Origin: Chiloscyllium plagiosum
Taxonomy: Eukaryota
DNA length: 43,616 bases
NCBI RefSeq assembly: GCF_004010195.1
Contig: NC_057755.1
Location: 101,243 to 144,858, forward strand
Direction of reading: 5' to 3'
Positions 12,691-25,565 of the stretch are shown here, piece after piece. The first letter of the stretch is position 1. Each line of letters begins with the position of its first letter. Below the pieces are notes generated by a model. It worked only from the letters and a program-made list of their open reading frames with translations, was not told the origin of the DNA and ran no database searches. The position numbers and the translations under genes were made by a program.

Positions 12691-14428
12691 AAGATTCAAA
12701 GTACGCTGTAAAACCTTGTTTAAACCTGGCAGGTTCCTGGTCCATTGCAAAACCATGTACATACCTGACACTGTCGCGTTTCTCTGCAAGCCTGAACACA
12801 CCTAGCAGGTTCTAATACTCTATGAATACCTTTACACTCCTGGTAGAATCCCAGTACACTGTGAATTGTGTTCACACCTGACACAGTCGGGTTATACTGC
12901 AAGCCAGAACACACCTGTTAGGGTCCCGATACATTGTAAAACATTGTTATCATTTGGAACAGTTGTGTTACAGTGTGTAAGCCTTTACACTCGTGGCAGG
13001 GTCCTGATGGATGGTGAAAGCCTGTTTCCAGGAACAAGATCCTGTTAAACTGTGAATCCCTGTTTACAACTGACAGGATCCTGATGAATCTGAACCCATG
13101 TACAGTCTTGGCAGCATCTTGAAACACTGTGAAATCCTATACACTTCTTGCAAGATCCTGACACACTGTGAATGCCTGTACACAACTATTAGAGTCCCGA
13201 TAGAGTGCCAAAATATGCACACACCTGGTAGAGTCCAGATATACTGTGAAACCCTGTACGTGCCTAGTAGGATCCTGATGCACTCTGAAACCATATCCAT
13301 TCTGACAGGCTCCTGATACATTTTGAAACATTGTGGATCCCTGGCAGGATCGTGTTCCGCTTTGAAAACCTGTACAGAAATTGCAGGGTCCGGATAAACT
13401 GCAAAACCATGTACACCCCTGGCAGAGTCCCGGTGTATTGTAAAACCTTGTTTATATCTGGAAGACTCTGGATACACGTGGAACCCAGTATGCACCTGGA
13501 AGGTTCCGGTTGCACATTAAACCCTGTACAATTCTTGCAGGGTCCCGATGCACTGTGAAACTCTAAAGATTCAAAGTACGCTGAAAACCTTGTTTAAACC
13601 TGGCAGGTTCCTGGTCCATTGCAAAACCATGTACATACCTGACACTGTCGCGTTTCTCTGCAAGCCTGAACACACCTAGCAGGTTCTAATACTCTATGAA
13701 TACCTTTACACTCCTGGTAGAATCCCAGTACACTGTGAATTGTGTTCACACCTGACACAGTCGGGTTATACTGCAAGCCAGAACATACCTGTTAGGGTCC
13801 CGATACATTGTGAAACATTGTTATCACTTGGAACAGTTGTGTTACAGTGTGAAAGCCTTTACACTCGTGGCAGGGTCCTGATACATGGTGAAAGCCTGTT
13901 TCCAGGAACAAGATCCTGTTAAACTGTGAATCCCTGTTTACAACTGACAGGATCCTGATGACTCTGAACCCATGTACAGTCTTGGCATCATCTTGAAACA
14001 CTGTGAAATCCTATACACTTCTTGCAAGATCCTGACACACTGTGAATGCCTGTACACAACTATTAGAGTCCCGATAGACTGCCAAAATATGCACACACCT
14101 GGTAGAGTCCAGATATACTGTGAAACCCTGTACGTGCCTAGTAGGATCCTGATGCACTCTGAAACCATATCCATTCTGACAGGCTCCTGATACATTTTGA
14201 AACATTGTGGATCCCTGGCAGAATCGTGTTCCGCTTTGAAAACCTGTACAGAAATTGCAGGGTCCGGATAAACTGCAAAACCATGTACACCCCTGGCAGA
14301 GTCCCGGTGTATTGTGAAACCTTGTTTATATCTGGAAGACTCTGGATACAGTATGCACCTGGCAGGTTCCGGTTGCACATTGAACCCCTGTACAATCCTT
14401 GCAGGGTCCCGATGCACTGTGAAACTCT
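12691..14428. repeat. Near-identical tandem duplication inside the satellite (12691-13565 and 13566-14428)
   Basis: Both copies begin aagattcaaagtacgctg and end gatgcactgtgaaactct. They are 875 and 863 bp long (1-bp and 11-bp deletions in copy 2) with few substitutions. The ORF track shows matching ORF pairs. Confidence 0.93.
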
Positions 14429-14581
14429 GTACATATCTGGACGGGTCACGACATGCTGTGAAACACTGTACATGCCAGGCAAGGTCTTGACACACTATGA
14501 AACCGTGTACACACCTGGCAGGAGCCAGTGACCGTGTGAAATCCTGTACACACCTGGCAGGATCCCGATACACAGTGAAAC

Positions 14582-15043
14582 NNNNNNNNNNNNNNNNNNN
14601 NNNNNNNNNNNNNNNNNNNNNNNNNNNNNNNNNNNNNNNNNNNNNNNNNNNNNNNNNNNNNNNNNNNNNNNNNNNNNNNNNNNNNNNNNNNNNNNNNNNN
14701 NNNNNNNNNNNNNNNNNNNNNNNNNNNNNNNNNNNNNNNNNNNNNNNNNNNNNNNNNNNNNNNNNNNNNNNNNNNNNNNNNNNNNNNNNNNNNNNNNNNN
14801 NNNNNNNNNNNNNNNNNNNNNNNNNNNNNNNNNNNNNNNNNNNNNNNNNNNNNNNNNNNNNNNNNNNNNNNNNNNNNNNNNNNNNNNNNNNNNNNNNNNN
14901 NNNNNNNNNNNNNNNNNNNNNNNNNNNNNNNNNNNNNNNNNNNNNNNNNNNNNNNNNNNNNNNNNNNNNNNNNNNNNNNNNNNNNNNNNNNNNNNNNNNN
15001 NNNNNNNNNNNNNNNNNNNNNNNNNNNNNNNNNNNNNNNNNNN
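14582..15043. other. Assembly gap (N run)
   Basis: Run of N inside the array. Confidence 1.
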
Positions 15044-18000
15044 TAGAACCCTGTACATATCTGGCAGGATCCTGATATACTTTGAAAACCTGTCTAATCT
15101 GGCAGGGTCCTTTATATTGTGATACACTGTTCACACATGGCAGGATCCTGATGCAATGTGAACCCGTGCACACACCTGGCAGTGTCCCAATACATTATGA
15201 AACACTTTTTCTTACACTTGGCAGGATCGTGAAACGCCGTGTGCACCTAGCAGGATCCTGTTACACATTGACACCCTGTACTAACATGGCAGATTTCGAT
15301 ACACTGTGAAACCGTGTACATTCCTTGCAGTGTCCCGATGCACTTTGAAACCCTATAGTCACTTGGTAGGATCCTGATATTCTGTGAAACCCAATACACG
15401 CTTAGCAGGTTTCGATACACTGTGAAACCGTGTGCAGACCTTGCCGGATGCTGCTAATTTGTGAAACCCTGTACACACCTGGCATGGTCCTGTTACACTG
15501 TTGAACCCTGGACACACCTGGCAGCATCCCAGTGCAATGTGAAATTCTATACACAGCTGGCAGAATCCCAATACACATTGAAACCCTGTACACACCTGGG
15601 AGGGTCCCGATATGTTGTGAAACCGTGTACACACCTGGCAGTGTCCTGTTACACTGTCAAATCCTGGACACACCTCACAGCGTCCCAGTACAACGTGAAA
15701 ACCTGTACACACCAGGCAGGGTCACGATACACATTTAAAACCTGTACACACCTGGAAGGTGCCGATATGTTGTGAAACCCTGTAAACACCTGGTAGGATC
15801 CTGCTGCACTGTGGAACCTTTTTCACACATGGTAGGTTCGCGCTACACCGTGAGACACTGCACACCAAGTCGTGTCCCGATGCACTGTAAAAACCTGTAT
15901 AAACATCGCAGGATCATTTTACACTGTGGAACCCTGTTCACCCATGGCAGGTCGCGCTACACTGTGAGATCCAGCACATGCCTTTCTGGTCCTGATATAC
16001 TGTGAAAACTTGCTTACACCTGACAGGGTTTAGATACATTGTGAAACCCTGTACACACCTGGTAGGATCAAAATACACTGTTAAACCCTGTACACTCCTG
16101 ACAGGATCCTGATGCACTCTGAAATCCGTTTCATTGCCCCGATACACTGTTAATTGCCTGTTTTAACCTGGAAGGGTTATCATATACTGTGAAATCTTGC
16201 AGTCGCCCGGCAGGGACCTGATATAATGTGAAACCCACTACACACCTGCCAGAGTCCCTATACATTGTGAAACCCTGTACACAACTGGCACGATCCTGAT
16301 CCAGTCTGAAATCCTGTACACATCTGGCAGGTTGACGATACACTGTGGGTCCATGCACACACCTAGCTGGGTCGCCTTACACTGTGAAAACCTGGGCAGT
16401 TCCGATACACTGTGAATCTTTGTTTATATCCGGCAAGGTCCTGATGCACTGTGAACCCTGTACATTCCTGGCAGCATCCTGATGCATGTGAAACCCTGGA
16501 CATACTTGGCAGCATCCGGGTACACTAGGAAAACCTGTACACAGTTGGAAGGATCCCGATGATATGTGAAAACCTGTGCACACATGACAGGGTCATGATT
16601 CACATTGAAACCCTGTAAACACATATCAGGATCACGATATATTTTGAAATCCTGGTAACATCTGGCAGGGTCCTGATACACTGTGAAGCAGTGAACACCC
16701 CTGGCAGTCATTGGATACAATGTGACGCCCTGTACACACCTGGCAGTGTCCTGGGGCACTGTGAAACCCTGTACACTCCGTGCAGAGTCATGTTACACTG
16801 TGAGACCCTGTGCACAAAAAGCAGGGTCCCAATTCACTGTTAATCCCAATTTACACGTGGCAGGTTCCTGATACACTGTGAAATCCTGTACAGCCCTGGC
16901 AGGATCCTGATACACGGTGAAATTGTGTGCGCCCCTTGCAAGATCCTGATATGCTGTGAAACCCTGTGCACACCTGGCAGGATCCCGATACGCTGTGAAA
17001 ACCTGAATACACCTGTCAGTGTCCCAATACACTGTGAAATCTTTTACCCACCTGATAGGATCCTGTTACACTATGAAACCCTGTGCAGTCTTTGCTGGTC
17101 CTGATACACAATGAAACGCTGTGCACACTTGGCACGCTCCCGATACACTACGAAACGCTGTACAAATCTGGCGCTGTCCCCGTGCACTGTGGAACCCTGT
17201 ACATGCCTGGCATGGTCCCGACACACTATGAAATCTTGTACACACCTGCTGGCATCTCGATACATTGTGAAACCCTGAAAACACCTGGCAGGATCTTGAT
17301 ACACGGTGAAAACCTGCACACACCTGCCAGTCGCTTCATGAACTGTGAAACTGTTCACTCCTTGCTGGATCTTGATATGCTGTGAAAGCTTGTAGTCACC
17401 TGGCAGGGTCATGATATAGTGTGAACTATTGTACACACCTGACATAGTCCCGTTACACTGAAACACATCTGGCGGGTTCCCGATAAAATCCGAACCTCTG
17501 AACGTAACTGGCAGGTTTCTGATACCCTGTGGAACAATGTTTACACCTGGAGGGCTACTGTTACATTGTGAAACCCTGTACACAGCAGACAGTGGACTAA
17601 TACTCTATGAAACTCAGTACACACCTGGAATTGTCCTGGTACACTGTGAAACCTTGTAAACTCCTGGCAGAATCCTGATATACCGTGAAACCCTATATAC
17701 ACCGAGCAGGCTCCTGATAAACTGTGAGAGCTTGTGCACATCAAGCTGGGTCCCCATACACTGTGAAACACTGAACACACCTGGAGGAGTCCCGATACAG
17801 TGTTAATGCCTGTTTACAGCTCGCAGTGTTGTAATACACTGTGAAACCTTTACCAACCTGGGAGGATCCAAATACACTGTGAAACCCTGTATGCACCTGG
17901 CAGTGTCCCGATTCACTATAGATCCCTGTTTACACCTAGCACGGTCCTGATATGCTGGCAAAAATTGTACACAACTAGCAGCGTCCTGATACACTGTGGA

Positions 18001-21000
18001 AGCCTCTACACACCTGTCAGGGTCCTGTGAATCCCCGTACCCACCTGGCAGGGTAGTCATTCACTATGAAACCCTGTAAACCCCTGGCAGGATCCTGATA
18101 CATTGTGAAAACCTGTATACACCAGGCATAGTCCTTTTAAATTTGTAAGACCCTGTACGCTGGTAAACGCTGAACGCACCTGGCAGAGTCCCTATACACC
18201 GAGACTCCCAGTTCACTTCCAGCAGTGCTGTAATACACTCTGAAACCCTATACCAACCTGTAAGGATCCTATTACATTATGAAACCCGGAACACACCTCG
18301 CTGCGTCCCGATTCACTGTGAATCCCTGCTTACACCTATCAGGGTCCTGATATACTATCAAACTTTGTACACACCTGACAGCGTCCTGATACACTGTGGA
18401 AGCCCCTACACACCTGGCAGGATACTGATACTCTGTGATTCTCTGTACCCACCTGGCAGAGTCCTCATTCACTGTGAAGCCATGTACACCCCTTTTAGGA
18501 TTTGATACACAGTGAAATCATGTCTATTCTTTGCACGATCCTGCTATGCATGGTCCCAATACACTTTGAAACCATTTTTTAAACCTGGAAGAACATTGAA
18601 AAAAACAGTATGCACATGGTAGGATCATGTTACACAGTGCGACCGTGTACTAACTATGCAGGTTCATGATACTGTGAAACCGTGCACACTCCTTGCAGAA
18701 TCCTGATACACTGTGACACCGTGGACCACCTGGCTGGGTCCTGAAACACTGTGAAATCCTGGAAACACCCGGCAGGGTTATGCTGCAGAGTGACAAGCTG
18801 TGCACACCTGACGGGATGCCCATACACTATGAAATCATGTACACCACTGGCAGGGTCCTTGTATACTATGAAATCCTGTACACCCCTGGTAGAACCTTGA
18901 TACACTGTGAAATCGTCAACACTATTGCAGCATTTTGATAGGCTGTGAAACAATGTTTACATCTGGCAGGCTCTTGATATACTTTAAAAACTTGTACACA
19001 CCTGGCAAGGTCCCGATACACTTTAAATGTCTGTTTAACACCTTGCAGAATCTTGATACACTGCGAAATCATGTACACTCCTAGCAGAATTCTAATAGTC
19101 TGCGAATCACAGTACTCACCTGGCAGGGACCCGATACATTGTGAAACCCTGTACACAGCTGAAAGCTTCCTCATACACTTTGAAACCCTGTCCAATCCGA
19201 CATGGTCCTGATCCACTGTAAAACCCTGTACACACCTGGCAAAATCCTGATATACTGTGAAACCCTGTGCACACCCGTTAGGATCATGTTCCAGTGTGAA
19301 ACCCTGCAAACACTTGGCTGTGTCCATATGCACTGTGGAACTCTGGACAAAACCTGGCATGGTCCCGATACACGGTGAAACCCTGTGCTCACTTGGCAGG
19401 ATCCTAATACACTCTGAACCTCTGTACGCACCTGGCAGACGCCTGATGCAATGCAAACCCCTGTTCACTCCTTGCTGGATCTTGATACCCTGTGCAACCC
19501 TGTACACTCCTGGCAGGGTCATGTTGCCGTGTGACACCCTGGACACACCTGGCAAGGTCCTGAAAAACTGTGAAACCCTGACGACTAACGGCAGGGTCTG
19601 GATCCACTGTGAACCTCTGTACAAAACTGGCATGGTCCTGATATAATCTGACACCCTGTCAAATCCGGCAGGGTTCTGATTGACTGTAAAACCCTGTTCA
19701 GACCTGGCAGGATCCCGTTACTTAGGGAAACCATGTACACACCTGGCAGGGTGCTCATACACAGTGAAACTTTGGAAACACCTGGCTGGGTCGCCATGCA
19801 CTGTGGAACCATGCACACACCTGGCAGGATCCTGTGGCACAGTGAAACCCTGTACACAGCTGACAGGATCTTGATACACTCTGAAACCCTTCCCAATCTG
19901 ACATCGTCCTGACACACTGCAAAACCCTGTGCACACCAGTCAGGAGCCTGTTCCCGGGTGAAACCCTGTAAACACGTGGCTGTGTCCACATGCACTATGG
20001 AACCATACACACACCCGGCAGTATCCTGTTACACAGTGAAACCCTGTACACATCTGGCAGGGTGCTGATATACTGTGAACAGTGTACACACATGGCATGG
20101 CCCAGTACACTGTGAAACACTTTTTTTACACCTGGCAGAATTGTGATACACTGCAAAAACAGTATTCACGTGGCAAGATCCTGTTATACAATGTGACCAT
20201 GTACTTACCTGGCAGGTTAGTGATACTGTGAAACTGTGCATACTCATTTCGGGATCCTGGTACAACGTGACACCGTGGACCACCTGGCTGGGACCTGATA
20301 CACTATGAAACCCTGTAATCACTTCGCCTGATCCTGATACATTGTGAAACCCTAAACACACTTGGCAGATTCATGATGCACTGTGAAACCCTATACATGC
20401 CTGGCCGTGTCCAGATGCAGTGTGTTAACCTGACACAATTGGCTGTGTCTCCTGATACACTGTGAAACCCCATTCATACCTGTCAGGATTCTGATGCACT
20501 GTGAAACACTGTTTACACCTGGCAGGATTCGGATACACTGTGAAACTCCGTACTTACGTGGCAGAGACCTAATGTACTGTGAAACCTTGTACACAGCTGG
20601 AAGGTTACCCAGTGCAATGTGAAAACCTGTATACATCAGGCAGGCTCCTGTTATACTGAGAAACAATGCACTAACCTGGCAAGGTTCCGTGACGCTGTGA
20701 AACTTTGTATGCACTTTGAAAGACCCTGTTACACTGTGAAATGCTGTACACATCTGGCAGTGTCACGAAACACTGTGAAATTCCATACTCACCCTACAGG
20801 ATCCCATACATCTTGAAACCTGTACACTTTTTTGCAGGATCCTATCCACTGTAAAATCCTGTACACTGCTTTCAGGATCCTGATAGAGTGTGAAACTCTG
20901 TACACATCTGGCAGGATCCCGATGTGTTGTGAAAACATTGACAGAACTGGTAGGATCCTAATCCACTGAAAAGTGTATATCTGTGCATCTGGGACACGAA

Positions 21001-21234
21001 AAGAGTTTTGTTTTAAGACTGACATATTTGAATGTTGCCCATTGACTGAGATTTTTAAAGAAGTGTATTGAAAAAATAAAGTGAGTCTATACCATGGACA
21101 CAGCCCGTTCGGCTCAAATGCTTTCCATGTACCCTCTCTAATCTGTATTACAATAACCCTTCTGTGAGGTTAGCCTACTTTCATCCATATGTTCATCTGG
21201 CCCATTCCTTTGATAATGAGGTTCAAATTATGTA

Positions 21235-23770
21235 GAACATTACAGGGCAATACAGACATTTCGTCCCTCTATGTTGTGCCGAACTGTCATACCAATCTGA
21301 AGCCCATCGAACTTACACTATTTTATGTACGTCCATATGTTTGTCTAATCACGACTTAAATGTACTTAAATTTGGCGAATCTACTACCGTTGCAGACAAG
21401 GCATTCCATAAGCTTACTGCTCTCTGAGTAAAGAACCTACCTCTGATATTTGAACTATATTTATCGCTCCTCAATTTAAAGCTCTGAACCTTCGTGCTCG
21501 CCGTCACCATTCTTAGAAAAAGGCTCTCCCTGTCCACCTTATCTAACGCTCTGATTATTTTAAATGTCTCTATTAAATCACCTCTCAACTTTCTTCTCTC
21601 CAACAAAAACAACCTTAAGTCGCTCAGCCGTTCCATCTAAGACGTTCTCTCCATACCAGGCAACATCCTAGTAAATCTCCTCTTCACCCTTTCCAAAGCT
21701 TCCACATCCTTCCTATAATGCGGTGACCGGAACTGTACACAATACTCCAAGTGCGACCGCACTAGAGTTTTGTACAGCTGTAGCATAACCTTATGGTTCC
21801 GGAACTCGATCCCTCTACTAATAAAAGCTAAAACACTGTATGCTTTCTTAACAACCCTGTCAACCTGGGTGGCAACTTTCAATAATTTGTGTACCTGGAC
21901 ACCAAGATCTCTCTGCGCATCAACACAACCAAGAATCTTACCATTAGCCCCGTACTTTGCATTCTGGTTACTCCGACCAAAATGAATCGCCTCACACTTG
22001 ACCACATTAAACTGAATTTCCCACCTCGTAGCCCCGCTCTGCAGCTTATCTATGTCTCTCTGTAACTTACAACATCCTTCGTCACTATCCGCAACTCCAA
22101 AGATCTTCGTGTCATCTGTAAATTTACTAACCCGCCCTACTACGCCCTCATCCAGATCGTTTATAAAAATGATGAACGGCAGTAGACTCAACACCGACCC
22201 TTGCGGAACACCACTGGTAAATGAACACCAGGATGAACATTTCCCATCAACCACTTCTTTCAGCAAACCAATTACAGATCCAAACTGCTATATATCCCAA
22301 AATCCAATTCCTCCGCATTTTGTACAATAGCCTAATGTGGGCAACCTTATCGAATCCTTGCTGAAATCAATATTCACCACATCAGCCGGTTTACTCTCAT
22401 CTACCTGTTTGGTCACCTTCTCAAAGAACTCAATAAGGTTTTTGAGGTACGACTTGCCCTTCACAAAACCGTGCTGACTACCCCTAATTAAATTATTATT
22501 TTCCAGATGATTATAAATCCTATCTCTTATAACATTTTCCAATACTTTACCAACAACTGAAGTACAGCTCACTGGTCTATAATTACCAGGATTGTCTCTA
22601 CTCTCCTTCTTGAACAGGGGAACCACATTTGCTGTCCTCCAGTCTTCTGGCACTATTCCTGTAGACAATGACGATTTAAAGATCAATGCCAAAGACTCGG
22701 CAATCTCCTCCCTGGCTTCCCAGAGGATCCTAGGATAAATTGCATCCGGCCCAGGAGATGAATCTATTTTCACACTCGGCAGGATTTCTAATACATCTTC
22801 CTTGTGAACCTCAATCCCACCTAGTCTAGAAGCCTGTATTCTCCTCCACAACATTGTCGTTTTCAAGAGTGAATACTCTCGAAAATATTCATTTCGTGCT
22901 TCCCCTATCTCCTCTGACTCCACACACAACTTCCCACTGCTATCCTTGATTGGCCCTAATCTTACCCTCGTCATTCTTTTATTCCTTAAATACCAACAGA
23001 AAGCTTGAGGGTTTACCCTGATCCTATCCACCAACTACTTCTCATGTCTCCTCCTGGCTCTTCTGAGCCCTCTCTTTAGGTCTTTCCTGGCTACCTTGTA
23101 ACTCTCAAGCGCCCTAGCTGAGCCTTCACATCTCATCCTAACATACGCCTTCATCTTCCTCTTGACCAGAGATTCCACTTCCTTGTTAAACCAAGGCCCC
23201 CGCTCTCTACAACTTCCTCCCTGCCTGACAGGTCCATACTTATCTGGGACACGCAGGAGCTTTTCCTTGAATAAGCTCCACATTTCTAACGTGCCTATCC
23301 CCTGCAGTTTTCTTTCCCATTGTATGCTCCCTAAATCATTCCTAATTGCATCGTAATTGCCTTTCCCCCAGCTGTACCTCTTGCCCAGTGGTACACACCT
23401 ATCCCCTTCTATCACTAAAGTAAACATAACAGAATTGCGATCGCTATCACCAAAGTGCTCACCTGCTTCCAAATTAACACCTGGCCGGACTCATTACCAG
23501 TACAAAATCTAATGTGGCTTCGCCCCTTGTTGGCCTATATACATACTGTATCAGGAAGCCCTCCTGCACTCACTGGACAAAAACTGACCCATCTATAGTA
23601 CTCGTACAATAGTGTTCCCAATCAATATTTGGAAAGTTGAAGTCTCCCATGACAATTACCCTGTCTCTCTCACTCCTATCGAGAATAATGTTTGCTATCC
23701 TTTTCTCTACATCTCTGGAACAATTCGGAGTGACCTCTCCTTTCCTATTTCTAACTTCAGCCCATACTGG
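21235..23770 (-). mobile_element. CR1 LINE, 5'-truncated, disrupted ORF2 (APE endonuclease end, RT, C-terminus)
   Basis: Minus-strand ORF pieces contain GDSDRNSV (APE), PGPDAIYPRIL, WRTANVVPLFKK, PGNYRPVS, SQHGF, GVPQGSVL, KFTDDTK, HLEYCVQF and RGRFFTQR; stops and frameshifts separate the pieces; tail remnant agaacat at about 21235. Confidence 0.96.
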
Positions 23771-24602
23771 AAACCTCTCTGGAATAAAGGTTTTTCAGCT
23801 GAATTACATCCGGGTTTATTTGTGACCTTCTTAATTTCCAGATGGATACCTCTTCTCTACATGTACTACACCAACCATCAATGATATTAATAATATGAAA
23901 TAGTTTTCTGATGTGAGCAACTCTTCAGCAGTGGGATGAGGGTCCTGGCCTATTCAGTGTCACTTGCTAAACACACCCTTCCACATCTTGTTGAATGTGG
24001 TGAATTGTTTCTATCTCTGTCATGCTTAATATTTGAAAATGAGAACATTTGACACAGTGACTGTGAATTCATTTGTGGTGTTGGTCCTATTCATCTGCTG
24101 CCTTTGTCCTTCCAAACTGAAGGTTCAGTCTGAAGAGTCATGTGAATTGGGGCAGTGCATCTTCTATGTCCATGGTAGGTACCTGAATATTGAAGGTGAT
24201 ACAAGTGGTCCAAACCAACATTTGCACTAATCCAAACAAACTGAGAGATTTCCATTCACACAGATCGGCTTGCAGTTTATAGGTAGGCTTTGGGAGACAT
24301 GAGGTGAGTTACCTGTGAAAATTTGGAAGATAATATCTGTTATAAGCCTTATTATACACCTTGAAGGGAATATATCACCTTCATAAAAATCTTCATGAAC
24401 AAAACTAAAGACTTTGAATTCTTTCTCAATAATGCTTCACTTACAAGTGACGTTTTCATGATGGACTCTTAACTCCTGCACAAATCTTTATTGAATCTGT
24501 ACACATCATGCAACATTTTACTGTCTTCTGTGTAAAGAGATTTAGAATTTTCGTTTTCTATCAATGATAGTATAACTAACATGGATAACAAATTTCTGTC
24601 AG

Positions 24603-25107
24603 TTCCACTTGAAGTTGTGCAACAGAGACACAAGGAGATGCTCCGTGTCCAAACTGAAACACTGCGAGTGAACACTATCCTAATAAAGGAGAAGATGAAG
24701 ATTTCCAAGCTGGTTGGTGCTGAGCTATCGGTTATTTCGAATGCTCGAGATGGCACACTTGTAGAACATGAACTGTTAGCAAGAGGCCGAGACCATGAAG
24801 AGTGGTGAGAGAAACATCTCCACAGAGTACTGGAAAAAAACCGGACCTGATTCGTTGATCCACACCAACTTTTCTTTCCGAAACTCGAACGCTGAAAGCT
24901 GAGCAGCACTGAGCAAAGTCCTGGGAATTGGAAAACTAACAATGGTACAAAAGATTGTTTATGACTGGGCCACTGGGAAAATATATCCAGAGCTCCAATT
25001 TTATTCAGTTTTAAATTCCTGGTTCTGAACTTTATTAACTGTGCGATAAATCTGAAGAATCTGATGTTGGATCATTATCCTACCGTTGGGAATGTTTAGG
25101 GGAGTTT
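24603..25107 (+). pseudogene. NLR NACHT exon, 5' part (pre-NACHT region and Walker A)
   Basis: Acceptor ttctgtcAG ends at 24602. Reads VQQRHKEMLRVQTETLRVNTILIKEK...VEHELLARGRDHEEW* (TGA 24806-24808), then the degenerate P-loop KVLGIGKLTMVQKIVYDWATGKIYP at about 24915-24990. Confidence 0.9.
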
Positions 25108-25133
25108 TATATATATATATATATATATATATA

Positions 25134-25473
25134 AGGTGATACAAGTGGATACAATAAGGCTGGGTAATGGTCTTGGGACCTGCTGCTGTTTCCTGTCTGT
25201 TTGTGTGAAGAAGGGACCCAGTGACAGACCGAGCATCCAGTAGTGTGAAGCATTGTAGCACATGATATATAGGATCTCGTTCTCCTCGACATGTTTGTAA
25301 ACAGCTGCGGCCATCGCCTGATCTTCAAAAAAATTAGTTGTAATATGTATTCCCTTTCATCACCAAGAAATTCCAGGATTTCAGCCCCGACGCTGATATC
25401 AACCTTTTCAAATACATGCAATTTGTACGACTGTCATAAAAATCAATACTGTCCGTGAATTCATCCAAATCAT

Positions 25474-25477
<4 letters not shown>
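25134..25477 (-). pseudogene. Inverted piece of the NACHT exon (Walker B start fused to the helical-domain region)
   Basis: Minus strand reads FDDLDEFTDSIDFYDSRTN, jumps to LHVFEKVDISVGAEILEFLGDER, then FEDQAMAAAVYKHVEENEILYIMCYNASHYWMLGLSLGPFFTQTDRKQQQVP/KTITQ; bounded by (TA)n tracts at 25108-25133 and 25477-25508. Confidence 0.9.
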
Positions 25478-25511
<34 letters not shown>

Positions 25512-25565
25512 ATGATTTGGATGAATTCACGGACAGTATTGATTTTTATGACAGTCGTACAAATT
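25420..25565. repeat. Perfect 146-bp palindrome centred on (AT)16
   Basis: aatttgtacgactgtcataaaaatcaatactgtccgtgaattcatccaaatcatcaa-(at)16-ttgatgatttggatgaattcacggacagtattgatttttatgacagtcgtacaaatt; the arms are exact reverse complements. Confidence 0.95.

Larger units (their letters stand above)
2690..20990. repeat. Large degenerate 39-bp tandem satellite/minisatellite (consensus CACTGTGAAACCCTGTACACACCTGGCAGGATCCTGATA)
   Basis: The unit repeats head-to-tail in one orientation over about 18.3 kb (e.g. 3000-3038, next CACTGTG at 3039). Units differ by many substitutions and small indels. Roughly 430 sequenced units by length arithmetic. Confidence 0.97.

Noticed and set aside
13938..15173. 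411-aa ORF crossing the second gap
   Set aside because: Its length comes from N bases plus satellite sequence.
2690..20990. CRISPR array interpretation of the regular repeats
   Set aside because: The whole 39-bp unit is repeated with scattered divergence; there are no unique spacers between invariant repeats, no cas genes, and the context is vertebrate.
2690..20990. A functional antigen-receptor locus
   Set aside because: No V, D, J or C segments, no ACAAAAACC nonamer, and no coding sequence between the heptamers; kept only as an RSS-like geometry hypothesis.
2591..21025. The many Cys/His-rich ORFs as real genes (zinc-finger or keratin-associated-like proteins)
   Set aside because: They overlap on both strands, switch frame at random indels, show no splice structure or C2H2 spacing, and follow directly from a stop-free 39-bp unit.
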